The notes below the pieces were generated by a model, which was not told the DNA's origin, searched no databases, and saw nothing but the letters and a program-made list of their open reading frames with translations. From Coraliomargarita sp. (GTDB lineage: Bacteria; Verrucomicrobiota; Verrucomicrobiia; Opitutales; Coraliomargaritaceae), in assembly GCA_965216325.1 (NCBI GenBank), contig OZ244160.1:672001-736000 (forward strand): DNA of 64,000 nucleotides. Direction: 5' to 3'. Both the position numbers and the translations under genes were made by a program. This document shows positions 18,910 to 29,284 of the stretch, one piece after another. Position 1 is the first letter of the stretch, and each line of letters begins with the position of its first letter.

Positions 18910-20220
18910 ATGCTTAAGACCATGAAGGGCGAGGGGACTGGCAAACGCAGCAGGCTCCGAAGGTGGGGTATACTCTTGTCGACCTTCTTCGCGGGACAAG
19001 GGTCGATGCAAGTGTTACAGCTGCTGACGGGCTTTCTCCTGATCAACTGGTTGAGTAAAGATGTCTATGCCGACTATACATTGGTTGTCGCGATCACCGG
19101 CACGACTTCGTTGTTGGTGAGTCTTGGGTTTTCACAATGTTTGACCGGATTGATTGGTGCGAATGTGAAGGATTCAACGCTTGTTGGGCGTTATCTGGCA
19201 GCATGCTTATATTATAGAAATCGCCTGCTCGTTTTGGGGAGTCTTGGCTTGCTTCCAATTCTTCTCTACATTGCCAACGGTGTTGGATGGTCGTTGAGTG
19301 GGGCGCTTGTTTTTTGGGGCTTAATTTCAGTGGGCCTTTACTTTCAGGCCCAGCAATCGGTCTTTCGTCCCGTGCTGCTATTGGAGGAGCGTCTATCTAA
19401 ACTGTATGCGATTAGTTTAGCCTCTAGCCTAATCCGCTTTGTGCTACTTCTCGCGGCCTACCTGTGTGGTTTGCTTTCGGCTCCGATCGCAATCGCATGT
19501 GGTGTCATTCAGGAATTGATCATCGGTGTTGGCAATTGGCAGGCAACCAAGCGCGCTATCTCGTGGCCCAGTGCTGTGGCTGACTTTCGGAATGAACGCA
19601 GCGAAGTATGGGGGCAGACAGTTCCGCGTATGCCGAGCTTGGTTTTTACTGCGTTTAGCGGGCAGCTCATGGTCTTTTTTATCGGTATCTTTGGGACTAA
19701 AGACGGTATTGCTGAAATTGGTGCGCTGAGTCGTTTAGCGATGCTCTTTGTAGTGCTGAAAAAAGCATCCGGGGTGCTGGTGGCTCCATACTTTGCGAAG
19801 CTGAATGCGTCACAAGTGCCAGGTCGGGTTGGCCTGACCTATGCCGGACTCGTAGCTTTAATCGTTGGAGTGAGTTTACCTGTGTTTCTTTACCCGGACC
19901 CACTGTTATGGATCTTGGGCGATGGTTACCAGCATCTTGGTTATGAGGCCTTTCTCGTCGTGCTGGCTGCGTTGATACGAGTTAGTTCGATGTTGATTTT
20001 CTCGGTGTGTAATGCGCGTAAGATTGTCTTTGCTTGGTATTCGATAGTCGACGTGCTGCCGCAAGTTGCAGTCATTGCACTCTGGTTGTTATGCTTTGAT
20101 TTGTCCGTTTTGGAGAACGTGCTTTATTTCGCCATTGCGATTGCCTGCGTGAAGCTGTTGTCCAAGTCGTTTATCCTGTTTTGTGGTTTGCGGCAAGCGA
20201 AGCGATCTGCTGATTCTTGA
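18910..20220 (+). CDS. Polysaccharide flippase-like membrane protein (Wzx-like)
   Basis: About 10-12 hydrophobic segments; located in a polysaccharide locus. Confidence 0.7.
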   Translation: MLKTMKGEGTGKRSRLRRWGILLSTFFAGQGSMQVLQLLTGFLLINWLSKDVYADYTLVVAITGTTSLLVSLGFSQCLTGLIGANVKDSTLVGRYLAACLYYRNRLLVLGSLGLLPILLYIANGVGWSLSGALVFWGLISVGLYFQAQQSVFRPVLLLEERLSKLYAISLASSLIRFVLLLAAYLCGLLSAPIAIACGVIQELIIGVGNWQATKRAISWPSAVADFRNERSEVWGQTVPRMPSLVFTAFSGQLMVFFIGIFGTKDGIAEIGALSRLAMLFVVLKKASGVLVAPYFAKLNASQVPGRVGLTYAGLVALIVGVSLPVFLYPDPLLWILGDGYQHLGYEAFLVVLAALIRVSSMLIFSVCNARKIVFAWYSIVDVLPQVAVIALWLLCFDLSVLENVLYFAIAIACVKLLSKSFILFCGLRQAKRSADS

Positions 20221-21239
20221 CTTTTGATGCTATGAGTAGTGATGAACCAGGGCCAGTGCATGCGCAGTTGCAGCAGTATCTTGAGGAGACTTTGGGATGC
20301 GGGGAATTTTCGGTGGTTCATGTGGCCGAGCGGACGAGTCGTGAGAACTACATCATTCAGCAAGCGAGTGGTCAGCGTTCTATTTTGCACACCAAGAAGG
20401 GACAGCCCACGGAACTCTATGCGGGGGCAATCGAGTTTCAGATGTATTTGCAAAGGTGTGGCGCACCTGTCGCGAAGACGATCGGTGTGCCGACTTATTT
20501 GGATGCGGCGGATTGTTCGGTTCAATTGTGTGAGTTTGTGGATGGTCAGCATCTGAGCGTCTTCAAGCCGGAGGATGCTTATGCCTTGGGGCAGTCGATT
20601 GCTGGTTTACACCAATTCAGTTTGGCTGCGGTCGCAGAAGGGCGTTTTGATCACGCGCTGCCAGTGCCTCCAGTGAGTCGTTCATTGCGTAAAGCACGGC
20701 GGCGGCAGACGCTTCGTGGGCTTGGCAGTTATCTGAAAGCAATCATAGGTGCAAAACAACACGCGCCTGTGAGTTGGGTTTGGGATGCGCTGAGGCAGCC
20801 CAAGGATCTGGTTTCGAAGGTCCATGCATTGCCTGAGGGCTATACGCATGGCGACTTACATGCATCCAATCTATTTTACCAGCATAGCGAAGGGCTCGCG
20901 CAGCTAGTTGCGTATATCGATTTTGAGTATGCCAACTTCAGGCCTTTGGTCTGTGATATCGGTGATTGTATCGCCAAAACGATTTGCAAGGACACACTAC
21001 ATTACGAGGACGCAAAAGCGAATGTTGAAAGCTTGCTTGCGGGGTATCAATCAGTGCGCCGTTTGGAGTCCAATGAGCTACAAGCCATTCCGCTCGCCCT
21101 ACGCCAGCGGCTGAACAAGGTTTTACTGCGTCAAGTTTGCCGTTGGCACCGTTTGTCGCAGGATGCTGCGGAGCAGTTCATTCGCAACCAGGCTTGTCTT
21201 CGAGAACTAGAGGAGAAGTTCCTGAATCGTCTGCCTTAA
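20217..21239 (+). CDS. Phosphotransferase (APH/homoserine kinase type II fold)
   Basis: Brenner motif HGDLHASN and IDFE. Confidence 0.8.
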   Translation: MTFDAMSSDEPGPVHAQLQQYLEETLGCGEFSVVHVAERTSRENYIIQQASGQRSILHTKKGQPTELYAGAIEFQMYLQRCGAPVAKTIGVPTYLDAADCSVQLCEFVDGQHLSVFKPEDAYALGQSIAGLHQFSLAAVAEGRFDHALPVPPVSRSLRKARRRQTLRGLGSYLKAIIGAKQHAPVSWVWDALRQPKDLVSKVHALPEGYTHGDLHASNLFYQHSEGLAQLVAYIDFEYANFRPLVCDIGDCIAKTICKDTLHYEDAKANVESLLAGYQSVRRLESNELQAIPLALRQRLNKVLLRQVCRWHRLSQDAAEQFIRNQACLRELEEKFLNRLP

Positions 21240-21808
21240 GCGTCCGTGGAGTTGATTACTCGGTCTTTAATCGGTCTACATGGATTGCCCGCGCAAATTT
21301 TCCACGCTGGCATCGCTTTAGTGACCACTGAATTTGCACCGATCACGCAACCTCGGCCGAGCGTGATACCCGGGCCAATGAAGGCACCGGAAGCCACCCA
21401 GCTTTCGGCTTCAATATGAATTGGCTTAAACTGTAACTGGAAGTGGGGATCACTTGGGTCATGCGTGCCCGTGCACAGGTGACTGTGTTGAGAGATGACC
21501 GTCATTGAATCGATCTGCAGGGTGGCGAAATTGAGGATGCGTGTGTGGTGAGCCAATGCAACGTAGTCCCCCAACTGAAGGTTCCACGGCATGAGGATAT
21601 CCACGCCGTATTGAATATTACAATTCTGACCAATCTCTGCTCCACATAAACGCAGCATTCCGATACGCAGCTGTCGAGTGGGTAGCAGACGATAGAGGGG
21701 CTTTAAAAAAAACTGCCAAATGCCGCGCTTGATCTTCAGTCCGGTGCTCCAGTTGGTGCGACACTGACTGAGGTCAATTTTAAAGGACTCGGGATCGTGG
21801 CTACTCAT
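21236..21808 (-). CDS. Hexapeptide-repeat acetyltransferase, WcaF-like
   Basis: Motifs PWNLQLGD, ISQHSHLCTGTHD, GCVIGANSVV, AGNP. Confidence 0.9.
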   Translation of the reverse strand: MSSHDPESFKIDLSQCRTNWSTGLKIKRGIWQFFLKPLYRLLPTRQLRIGMLRLCGAEIGQNCNIQYGVDILMPWNLQLGDYVALAHHTRILNFATLQIDSMTVISQHSHLCTGTHDPSDPHFQLQFKPIHIEAESWVASGAFIGPGITLGRGCVIGANSVVTKAMPAWKICAGNPCRPIKDRVINSTDA

Positions 21809-21810
21809 AC

Positions 21811-22965
21811 TTAAGTGATTTCTAATTGAATAGTCTGAACCAGTCGCTTTGTCGATTCGCGGATGTCAAAATTTGTTTGGAAGACCTGTTTGGCCGCTTG
21901 AGCCATTGCGCTGCGTTCTTCCACGGACATCGATAGCCATTGCTCTAGGAGTGCGTGCGTTCCCGCGAGTGTGTCCTCCTCAACTAGACCCGCCGCTCCG
22001 CTCTGTATTTCACTCCAGATATTTACTTTATTGGAAATCAGCACCGGAGTCGCGACCGATAGAGCTTCCGCGACGACAATGCCAAAATTCTCCTGATGTG
22101 AGGGTAAGACGAGTGCTTCGGCAGCGGATAACGCTTGCAGCTTGAACGCTCCTGACAATGCGCCGACCCAATGGATACCTGTTTGGTCAAAGCGGTTGCG
22201 GATTTGCTGGGCGTAGTCGGGTTGCTGTTCGGGGCCTGCTATGACCAGGTCAGGCATCTCCGCAGAGGACTTTCTGAGGTCCGTATAAGCCTCGACGAGA
22301 AGGTCCAAGCCTTTCTTCTCCTGAATGCGCGACATGAACAGCAGAAAGGGGCGCTTCCCCCATGTCGGGGGGGATTCACTAAACTGCTGGAGTAAAGACT
22401 GCTCACTTTGGTCCGGTGCATTCGTTCCGTAGCCAATAACTTTTTCGTTCACCGTATAGGGGGCGAAGCTTTGACGTGCTAGACGGCATTCCTCTGAGCA
22501 GGTGAACAGCACGGCCTTGGCATGCTTCAGCACTCGATGCTCATAGCGCCAATACAACTGCTTTTTGAGTTTTTTGAGCGGATAGGTTTTGTTAAACCAC
22601 GGGTCGAGCATTCCGTGCGGGAAAATGTAGTAGGGCACGCCCTGCGCGATACATGCGTTGGCAGTCGCTAGGCCGTGATACTGCCAGTTGCCATGAATGA
22701 TGACCGCATCAAATTGAGTTAACTGTGTGTTGAGCCACTCGCGTAGTTTGGGTGCGTAACTATAAGCGCCGAATTTACCTGGCCCCAAGGCATGCACCGT
22801 CCAAGGCAGGGCAGTCGCTTCGTGAGCTAAGCTCTCCGCACGATCCAGACTGGCAATTTCGACTTCGACTCCGAGTTCGGTCATCACCTTGGAGCTTTGC
22901 TTTAAGCCTTCGATTGGACCGCCGGATTCAGGCGAGATGGTATGAATGACACGCAGGAGCTTCAT
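21811..22965 (-). CDS. Glycosyltransferase family 4
   Basis: Motifs GGP, PHGMLDPW, SRIQEKKG, LPSHQENFGIVVAEA. Confidence 0.92.
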   Translation of the reverse strand: MKLLRVIHTISPESGGPIEGLKQSSKVMTELGVEVEIASLDRAESLAHEATALPWTVHALGPGKFGAYSYAPKLREWLNTQLTQFDAVIIHGNWQYHGLATANACIAQGVPYYIFPHGMLDPWFNKTYPLKKLKKQLYWRYEHRVLKHAKAVLFTCSEECRLARQSFAPYTVNEKVIGYGTNAPDQSEQSLLQQFSESPPTWGKRPFLLFMSRIQEKKGLDLLVEAYTDLRKSSAEMPDLVIAGPEQQPDYAQQIRNRFDQTGIHWVGALSGAFKLQALSAAEALVLPSHQENFGIVVAEALSVATPVLISNKVNIWSEIQSGAAGLVEEDTLAGTHALLEQWLSMSVEERSAMAQAAKQVFQTNFDIRESTKRLVQTIQLEIT

Positions 22966-24116
22966 TTGAAATCGTGTGCAATGACCTCTTGATAGAGTTC
23001 GTGATACGCTTTGGCTGACGCAGCGTTGGTAAACTGAGCCGCAAAATTGCGAGCGGTTTCTTGCAGTGCGGACTTTTGCTCGGTGGTTTGCTGCATGTAG
23101 TCGAGGGCTGCAGCTGCGAGTTCGTGCGCCTCAGATCCATTGCCCACTGTGAGGCTAGAGAGCGCATTCAAAGAGCGCATGGGTTCCATTTTGTAAGTTG
23201 CCACCGGACAGCCGCAGGCTTGTGCTTCAATGATCGGCCAACCGAAGCCTTCTACGTGCGAGGGGAAGAGGAGGAGTTCGGCTCCTCGGTAGAGCTCGCT
23301 CAGTTCTTGGTCGGAAATGCCGCTCTGATAATAAATGCGCTCTTTCAGCGAGGTGCACTGGGTTGCATCGAGCACCTCATCGCTAAATTCAGGTCCTACG
23401 ATCAGCAAGTCCAGTTGAGGATGACTGGCTGCAAGAATGGAGAAGATTTCCAAGACTGCTTTGCGATTCTTATACCATTTTTCACCACCAATGTGCATGA
23501 CGTATGGCTGTGTGTTCGTAGATGCTTCAGAAGTGGTTTTTGCTGCTTGGATGAAATGATCGTTGAGTGCATTCGGGATGAGGTGCTGTCGGGCGAGCTG
23601 CGTGCCGACCAGTCGCGCTACATCCTGACGTGTGGCTTCCGACACACTTGCTATATAACGGCTGCGCTTCAGACCACGTAGAATCATTGCTTGCTGTTGC
23701 TTGCCGGTCCATCTCGGTTCGTGCTGAGGAATTTCACCGAGTGCGCAGCGTATCGCGAGTAAGTCGTGGCAGGTGACTAGGTGGGGGGTGCTTTGCAGAT
23801 ACTTTGCGTATGGGGCGTTGGAGTGGTCGATGATGTGCACCAAGGTTTCCGGTGGCAGCTGCTTAAGTTTACGTCGTAGCAGCCAAGGGAAGACCAGATA
23901 TTTATCGATATAGCCAATCCATTTGCCAATGCCGGAGCCCTTGGCTCCAAGCTTCCCGATCAGCACTGGAACTGCGTAAATCTCGACCGATAGGCCACGC
24001 ACTTGAAGGCCTTCCGCAAGCTGTTCTGTAAAGCGACGCATACTATACTGCCGATCGGGAGGATAATTTGCGAGCAGCACAATATGCGGATCTGATTGTG
24101 GCGAGGGCGAGGACAT
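22962..24116 (-). CDS. Glycosyltransferase family 4
   Basis: Motifs VTCHDL, FPSHVEGFGWPIIEAQACG. ATG 24116 is preferred because it avoids overlap with the upstream gene. Confidence 0.9.
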   Translation of the reverse strand: MSSPSPQSDPHIVLLANYPPDRQYSMRRFTEQLAEGLQVRGLSVEIYAVPVLIGKLGAKGSGIGKWIGYIDKYLVFPWLLRRKLKQLPPETLVHIIDHSNAPYAKYLQSTPHLVTCHDLLAIRCALGEIPQHEPRWTGKQQQAMILRGLKRSRYIASVSEATRQDVARLVGTQLARQHLIPNALNDHFIQAAKTTSEASTNTQPYVMHIGGEKWYKNRKAVLEIFSILAASHPQLDLLIVGPEFSDEVLDATQCTSLKERIYYQSGISDQELSELYRGAELLLFPSHVEGFGWPIIEAQACGCPVATYKMEPMRSLNALSSLTVGNGSEAHELAAAALDYMQQTTEQKSALQETARNFAAQFTNAASAKAYHELYQEVIAHDFK

Positions 24117-24120
24117 GTTT

Positions 24121-24855
24121 CTACTTCGAGTCGTCAGAATACCTGCGTTGTTCCCGTTCGAGGAGTTCCTGATAGACGCGGTTCGCTCGCTCAAGTGCGG
24201 GTTGCACCGGAGCTGAAGCGAGTATTGAGCGCATCGCATCCTTGATCGCATTGCGCTGAGGGTTGGGGGAGAGGTGAAAGCCTCCTTTATCGAAGAGCTG
24301 TACGTCGTTTTCTTGGCTGTTGTGGTAGAGAGTGAATGCTGTGTTGTGCTGCTGGTTGATACGCTGAATGATACGCTCGTAGTGGTTCGTTACGATAGAG
24401 AACTCTGCGATGACAACTGAATCATACACCGTCAGCGTGTCGCGGTAAAAGCGTTCATAGGCCTCGAGGTTGGCAATGATGGTCTGAGTGGCTTCTTCAG
24501 TTGAAATGTCGTCCGCATTCACAGCGGTAATCTCATAGTCTAAAGCAACAAGGGAGAGGCAGGCATCCGCAGGTACGCGCAACAGCACCATTGTTGGGAT
24601 CCCGAGCTTTACCGAATGGCGGACTTGAGCAGCAGAGTGCACATGCGTCGCGATGCGAAGTTTCTCCGGCTGTGCCGCGATGAAAGCCGCACGCGCAAAG
24701 CTGTTTCCAGAGCGAGGAAAGCCTTCGATGGTGATGTCGGTGTCGGAGCAGACGATCCAACGTTGGGACCAGTGCCCGGTTCGCTTGAGACGCAGCAGCG
24801 TTAGATAGAGTTGAGGGCTACGCTCAAGAAGTGCTTTGATTTTCGCTTTGAGCAT
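24121..24855 (-). CDS. Sulfotransferase-like protein
   Basis: IEGFPRSGNSF resembles the PAPS 5'-PSB loop; LLRVPADACLS resembles the 3'-PB motif (R..P.D...S). Confidence 0.6.
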   Translation of the reverse strand: MLKAKIKALLERSPQLYLTLLRLKRTGHWSQRWIVCSDTDITIEGFPRSGNSFARAAFIAAQPEKLRIATHVHSAAQVRHSVKLGIPTMVLLRVPADACLSLVALDYEITAVNADDISTEEATQTIIANLEAYERFYRDTLTVYDSVVIAEFSIVTNHYERIIQRINQQHNTAFTLYHNSQENDVQLFDKGGFHLSPNPQRNAIKDAMRSILASAPVQPALERANRVYQELLEREQRRYSDDSK

Positions 24856-26176
24856 GAGTGTTGGTAGGTGTCAGTTTGTATTCTTTTGGAACACGCATTG
24901 CGGCGATTGTCAGGCCAATGCCCATCACCGTAAAGCCGTTAATCGTCGGTTGTCCCATTTGCCCAACGAAGAGATTATACGCGGTAGCAGAGAGAAGGAT
25001 CAGGCCAAGCCCATGGCCAGTCCGTAAGGAGCGCAGAGAGTAGTGGAATAGTTTTATACCAATCCATAAACGCCAGAATATATACAGCGAGCCCAAGATG
25101 ATGCCGCCTTCTCCGATCAAGCGATACCATTCACTTTCGCCCAGATAAAACCCCTTTTTGCCAGTTAGGATTTGGCCGCCGATTTGCGTGCCGGCTCCAA
25201 GTCCTTCACCGAGGATGGAAACATCGTCGTTCTCGATAAATGGTCCGACGAATTCGCGGGCAATCCGCCATACAATCATGGTTTGCACGCCTCCTTTGTC
25301 TTCACGGGTGGAACGTTCCCAGCGGTGCAGGAAGGCCTCTTTGGCTTCTTCGAATACGGTGAATTGGCTAGCGATCATCAGGCCGGCACCTGCGAGTAGG
25401 GCGATGCGGAAGTAGCGGGCGAGCATGTGCTTTTGGAAGGCCGATGCGCAAATGCCTGTGAGTGCAGTCACCGCCGCAGCCAGAATCAGTGAGCGACTAA
25501 TCGATACTGGGATCGCCAAACATAAGGCAATCGAACTGAGGGTGAGCAGTGTGCGCGAATAGAAGCGATATTGCGTCAGGCCTGCTGCCAAAAATGCGGT
25601 CGAGAACGTGTAAAACCAAACGATGCCCACGATGAAACTAAAGGTTCCCGGTGGACGATATTTCCCGAGTGCACCACTGAAACCGCCTCCCTCCATGCCG
25701 CCTGGGGCTTTATTGATCCAGGCGGATTGTGTTGAGTAAAACTGCAGCACCAACAGAGCGGTCATGAGCAGTGTGCCCCAGAGCCACCAGCGTCCAATCT
25801 TGATGACGTCTTTAAAATTAAAGCTTTGCCCAATAATAAAGGCGAAGGGGATATGCCAAAAGTTGGCTCTGAAGCCGTAAGCGACTACGAAGGGGTTGCC
25901 GTGTCCAAAGAGGAATGCCGTCAGCGATGCGACGACCATTAAGGCAAAACCGGTAATGACGTATCGGTTGAAGGGGAAGCGATTATTGGTGAGCGCAATG
26001 AAATAGGCTAGCAGGACGATTGGCTCACGAATCAACAGGAGTGGGTTCGAGAGACCCGGAAGCACCCATTTGCGGAGCGCGCCTTCCAATACCAATAAGA
26101 TCATATAGGCATAACAAAGATACTGCAGTTGCTTGTCTGCGTCCTTTAGGAACCCTTTTATGGCGGCTGTAGGCAT
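24824..26176 (-). CDS. Polysaccharide polymerase/O-antigen ligase-like membrane protein (Wzy-like)
   Basis: Multi-TM protein; motifs EGALRKW, RPPGTFSF, SISRS, GEGLGAGT. Confidence 0.65.
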   Translation of the reverse strand: MPTAAIKGFLKDADKQLQYLCYAYMILLVLEGALRKWVLPGLSNPLLLIREPIVLLAYFIALTNNRFPFNRYVITGFALMVVASLTAFLFGHGNPFVVAYGFRANFWHIPFAFIIGQSFNFKDVIKIGRWWLWGTLLMTALLVLQFYSTQSAWINKAPGGMEGGGFSGALGKYRPPGTFSFIVGIVWFYTFSTAFLAAGLTQYRFYSRTLLTLSSIALCLAIPVSISRSLILAAAVTALTGICASAFQKHMLARYFRIALLAGAGLMIASQFTVFEEAKEAFLHRWERSTREDKGGVQTMIVWRIAREFVGPFIENDDVSILGEGLGAGTQIGGQILTGKKGFYLGESEWYRLIGEGGIILGSLYIFWRLWIGIKLFHYSLRSLRTGHGLGLILLSATAYNLFVGQMGQPTINGFTVMGIGLTIAAMRVPKEYKLTPTNTHAQSENQSTS

Positions 26177-27289
26177 CTAGGCAGTATGATTCAAATCGTG
26201 GATAAATTGATCCGCAACAGTTGGTAGCTGTGGATTGGCTGATTCGCGCGCGGGTTCGCGGAAGAGCTGAATTAGGCGCTCCTCGGAATCGAAAAAACTA
26301 TAGAGCTGATTAGAGGCATTCGCTGCCGGTTTGAAGCGCTTTGAGATGGGTTCAGTGATCGTGCAAATGACCGGTAGGCCGTGTTCAGTCATTGCCGCGA
26401 CCGCACCGCTCTTTCCGGCGAGTGCAATGTGTGCCGAACTGATGCCGATGTCTGCCGCATGCATATACTTTGAAAGTGTGGCTTCATCTTGGGGACCGAG
26501 TCGTTCACAGCTCCAGTTTCTAGAGGCACAGAAGGTTTGAATTTGTGGCCAGTGCGGATTGCCCGCGTGTAGCTTACCGATCTGTATGAGTCGCAGTGAT
26601 ACCCCGGCTTTCTTTGACAGTGAATCGAGTTGCTCGAGCGTTTCTTGGACATTCCAGTCGTGCCGCTGGCTAAAGGGAAACAACAGTGTGCGTAGATTTT
26701 CGTCTGAGGGACTGGATGTGTCCGGCTTCCCTGTAATGGGGATGTTGCTAAACAGTGGCAGAATGGTTGATGCGTAGTTGTGTTGTTTGAGAATGAATTG
26801 GTAGAGCAGATTGCTGGTGTGGATTCGATCACTGTGCCAAAGTTTCAGTGCCTTCAGCATCAGGTGGCGTTGAATTAAGCCCATTACTTTATGTTTGAAC
26901 GGCAGAGAGGGTTGCTCCCCAACCCATAGCTCGTGGAACATGATGTGTAGCTTCGAGGCTCTACGGACATCCTGAATAAATGGGCTGAGTTTATGAATGA
27001 ATCCCTTCGGGTGAAAGCCGAAGCAGACGAATTGGAGGCTAATCCAATCCGGTTTCCAGTTCGTGATGCTGTTCGACACGGCTGCTGATTTTCCGGGGTT
27101 GTTCAGCACCTGCGTATTTCGAAGAATCTGTAGATGGTCTGTTACATCATTAGAGTCTTCGCTATCATTGATTGCCACGAGCTGGCATTGATGGCCGCTT
27201 TGGCTAAGCTTTTGTGCGAGCGCTCGGGTATAATCTCCCACGCCATCATGCCCGGGATTCAGGGAGCCACATATAAAGGTGATTTTCAT
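26177..27289 (-). CDS. Glycosyltransferase (GT-B fold)
   Basis: Motifs DGVGDYT, MFHELW, KSGAVAAMTEHGLPVI. Confidence 0.8.
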   Translation of the reverse strand: MKITFICGSLNPGHDGVGDYTRALAQKLSQSGHQCQLVAINDSEDSNDVTDHLQILRNTQVLNNPGKSAAVSNSITNWKPDWISLQFVCFGFHPKGFIHKLSPFIQDVRRASKLHIMFHELWVGEQPSLPFKHKVMGLIQRHLMLKALKLWHSDRIHTSNLLYQFILKQHNYASTILPLFSNIPITGKPDTSSPSDENLRTLLFPFSQRHDWNVQETLEQLDSLSKKAGVSLRLIQIGKLHAGNPHWPQIQTFCASRNWSCERLGPQDEATLSKYMHAADIGISSAHIALAGKSGAVAAMTEHGLPVICTITEPISKRFKPAANASNQLYSFFDSEERLIQLFREPARESANPQLPTVADQFIHDLNHTA

Positions 27290-28509
27290 TCCGAGCTCAG
27301 TGCGTGAACGGCTGCGACGAGTTGCGTTTGATAGTTCGCCCAGGTTATTTCAGCCGCACGCTTGAGCGCATGCTCCTTCATTGCATGCAAGCGGTCGCGG
27401 TCTTGATCGAGAGCTTCGAGCGCATTACAGATAGCCTCTGAATCTCTGATAGGTGTAATGATGCCTTCCTTGCCATCTTCGATAATGTCGGGAGCGCAGG
27501 TATGTGGGGTCGCGATTATAGGAAGCCCTTGAGACAGTGCTTCGGTCATTACGAGCCCAAATCCCTCAAATAGGGAAGGGAAAACAAACACGTCCTGTTG
27601 ATGCATCAACTCAAGGATTTCCGAATGGGGTAGGCTATCGATCCATCGATAGCGCGGTAATGCGGTATCAAGGGGTTTACACTCACCAACACGCTTGCCG
27701 ACGATCGTGAGCTCAATCGCATTGCCGAGCCGCTCCGCTGCTTCGAGTAAATAGGCGAGCCCCTTACGTTGTGTCAGGCCGCCGACATAAAGCACTTTTA
27801 GAGGCTTATCGGATGATGTCGGTGGGCACTGGTCTGCCAGTTTACTCGGGCAGCCGTAAGGAATGATGGATGGTTTGGGGAGCTCGAAGGGTGCCTCCTT
27901 TAGGGTGTCGGCTGTAAACTGGCTGGCGACGATGATCGCATCGGATAGCTGAAGCTCCTGATCTTTGCGTTCCAATTTGGGTGCACTGTCTCGAAGCGCA
28001 GGCATTGTCGCAGCCCATTCGGGCTGCCGCTCAGCTTCTTCAGTTTGGATTCTACGCGCAGACCGCCAGTAGCCGATCGGCAGGTCATAGATGCAACGAA
28101 GCCCTTTTTTGTGGGCTATTTGGAAACTGTCCAGGGCACCATCCTCATAGGCGTAGATCGCCTTTAGTTCCGCATTTGCAGTGTTGAGAACGCGGGCAAC
28201 TTTTTGATCCAGACTATGGTAGATCTTGTCGACCGAGAGGGCACCGGTCTCATGTGTTCGTAGTGCAGGAAGACAGTTCAGCTTTTGGGTGAACAGGCGT
28301 AGCAATTCACGCGCTGGTTGTGTTCTGATCTTCGTATTCGGGATCGCACAGTAACGCTGTTGGTATAGCTTTCGCGCGAGGGCGCTGGTTGAGTTATCAC
28401 CGACTGCGATGCAGGTGTGGAATTCTTGCAGCAGTCCATGTTGGTGAAATGCCTCGGCCGCCGCACGCGAGAATGTGTTTCCAGTTGGATGTGAGAGGAG
28501 AATGCTCAT
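27286..28509 (-). CDS. Glycosyltransferase family 4
   Basis: Motifs YVGGLTQRKG, FPSLFEGFGLVMTEA. Confidence 0.92.
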   Translation of the reverse strand: MSILLSHPTGNTFSRAAAEAFHQHGLLQEFHTCIAVGDNSTSALARKLYQQRYCAIPNTKIRTQPARELLRLFTQKLNCLPALRTHETGALSVDKIYHSLDQKVARVLNTANAELKAIYAYEDGALDSFQIAHKKGLRCIYDLPIGYWRSARRIQTEEAERQPEWAATMPALRDSAPKLERKDQELQLSDAIIVASQFTADTLKEAPFELPKPSIIPYGCPSKLADQCPPTSSDKPLKVLYVGGLTQRKGLAYLLEAAERLGNAIELTIVGKRVGECKPLDTALPRYRWIDSLPHSEILELMHQQDVFVFPSLFEGFGLVMTEALSQGLPIIATPHTCAPDIIEDGKEGIITPIRDSEAICNALEALDQDRDRLHAMKEHALKRAAEITWANYQTQLVAAVHALSSE

Positions 28510-29267
28510 GAGCTTCTAGGCATCTCGGTGCCCCATTGATTCAGTAGTGCACGCAAATGTCGGGCCCTCCAGTAGCGAGGAAAGAAGTCCTTCGGGTTTT
28601 GTAAAATGCGAAGCAGCCAGCCGATGTATATGCGGTCCGCCCAAGTTGGGATACTTGCTTGCTGCCCGGTCAGAAACGCGATGGCTGCGCCGATGCAGAT
28701 GATGCTTGGTTCGTAGTCGAGCTTGTCACGCAGCCAGTGGCCGAGCACTTCCTGTTTACCTCCAGCGATGGCTAGAATGACATAATCGGGGCGACGCTCG
28801 CGGATTATTGTGAGCAGTTCGTTATCTTCGATCGGAAAGTCTTGGTAGAAGGGCGCTTGGTAGAAGTGGTTCTCCTCAACTTCGATCTCTTGGCTGCGTA
28901 GATAACTGGCGGTTGCCGTTTGATGCTCTTGATTCGGGACAACCCATAGCTGACGGGAGTTTTGTTTGAATGCCGGCATGTCGATCAGCGCCTTAATGAA
29001 TTTCAGGCCAGAGTGACGTTGCAAAGCTTTCCCTGTGCGCTGCTTCCACAGCAGGGCTAAGTAACCGCTGTCGATTAGGTTGATGTCAGCGTTTTGAACG
29101 GCCGAATCATAGTGTGGGTTTTGTCCGAGTTCCGCGAGTCCGGGACCGGATGGAGCCAGGAATAGACCGCCTTGGTTACGTGCTATGTCCAATGCAAGGT
29201 CCAAGCTGTCATCATAGAAGTCGATGCCGAGAATACGTGTTGTCTGAAAAGGGGCTTCCATATGCAA
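28506..29267 (-). CDS. WecB/TagA/CpsF family glycosyltransferase
   Basis: Motifs DSG, AIAGGKQE, CIGAAIAFLTG, GWLLR...P. Confidence 0.85.
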   Translation of the reverse strand: MHMEAPFQTTRILGIDFYDDSLDLALDIARNQGGLFLAPSGPGLAELGQNPHYDSAVQNADINLIDSGYLALLWKQRTGKALQRHSGLKFIKALIDMPAFKQNSRQLWVVPNQEHQTATASYLRSQEIEVEENHFYQAPFYQDFPIEDNELLTIIRERRPDYVILAIAGGKQEVLGHWLRDKLDYEPSIICIGAAIAFLTGQQASIPTWADRIYIGWLLRILQNPKDFFPRYWRARHLRALLNQWGTEMPRSS

Positions 29268-29284
29268 GAGCGTGCGATTCGCAC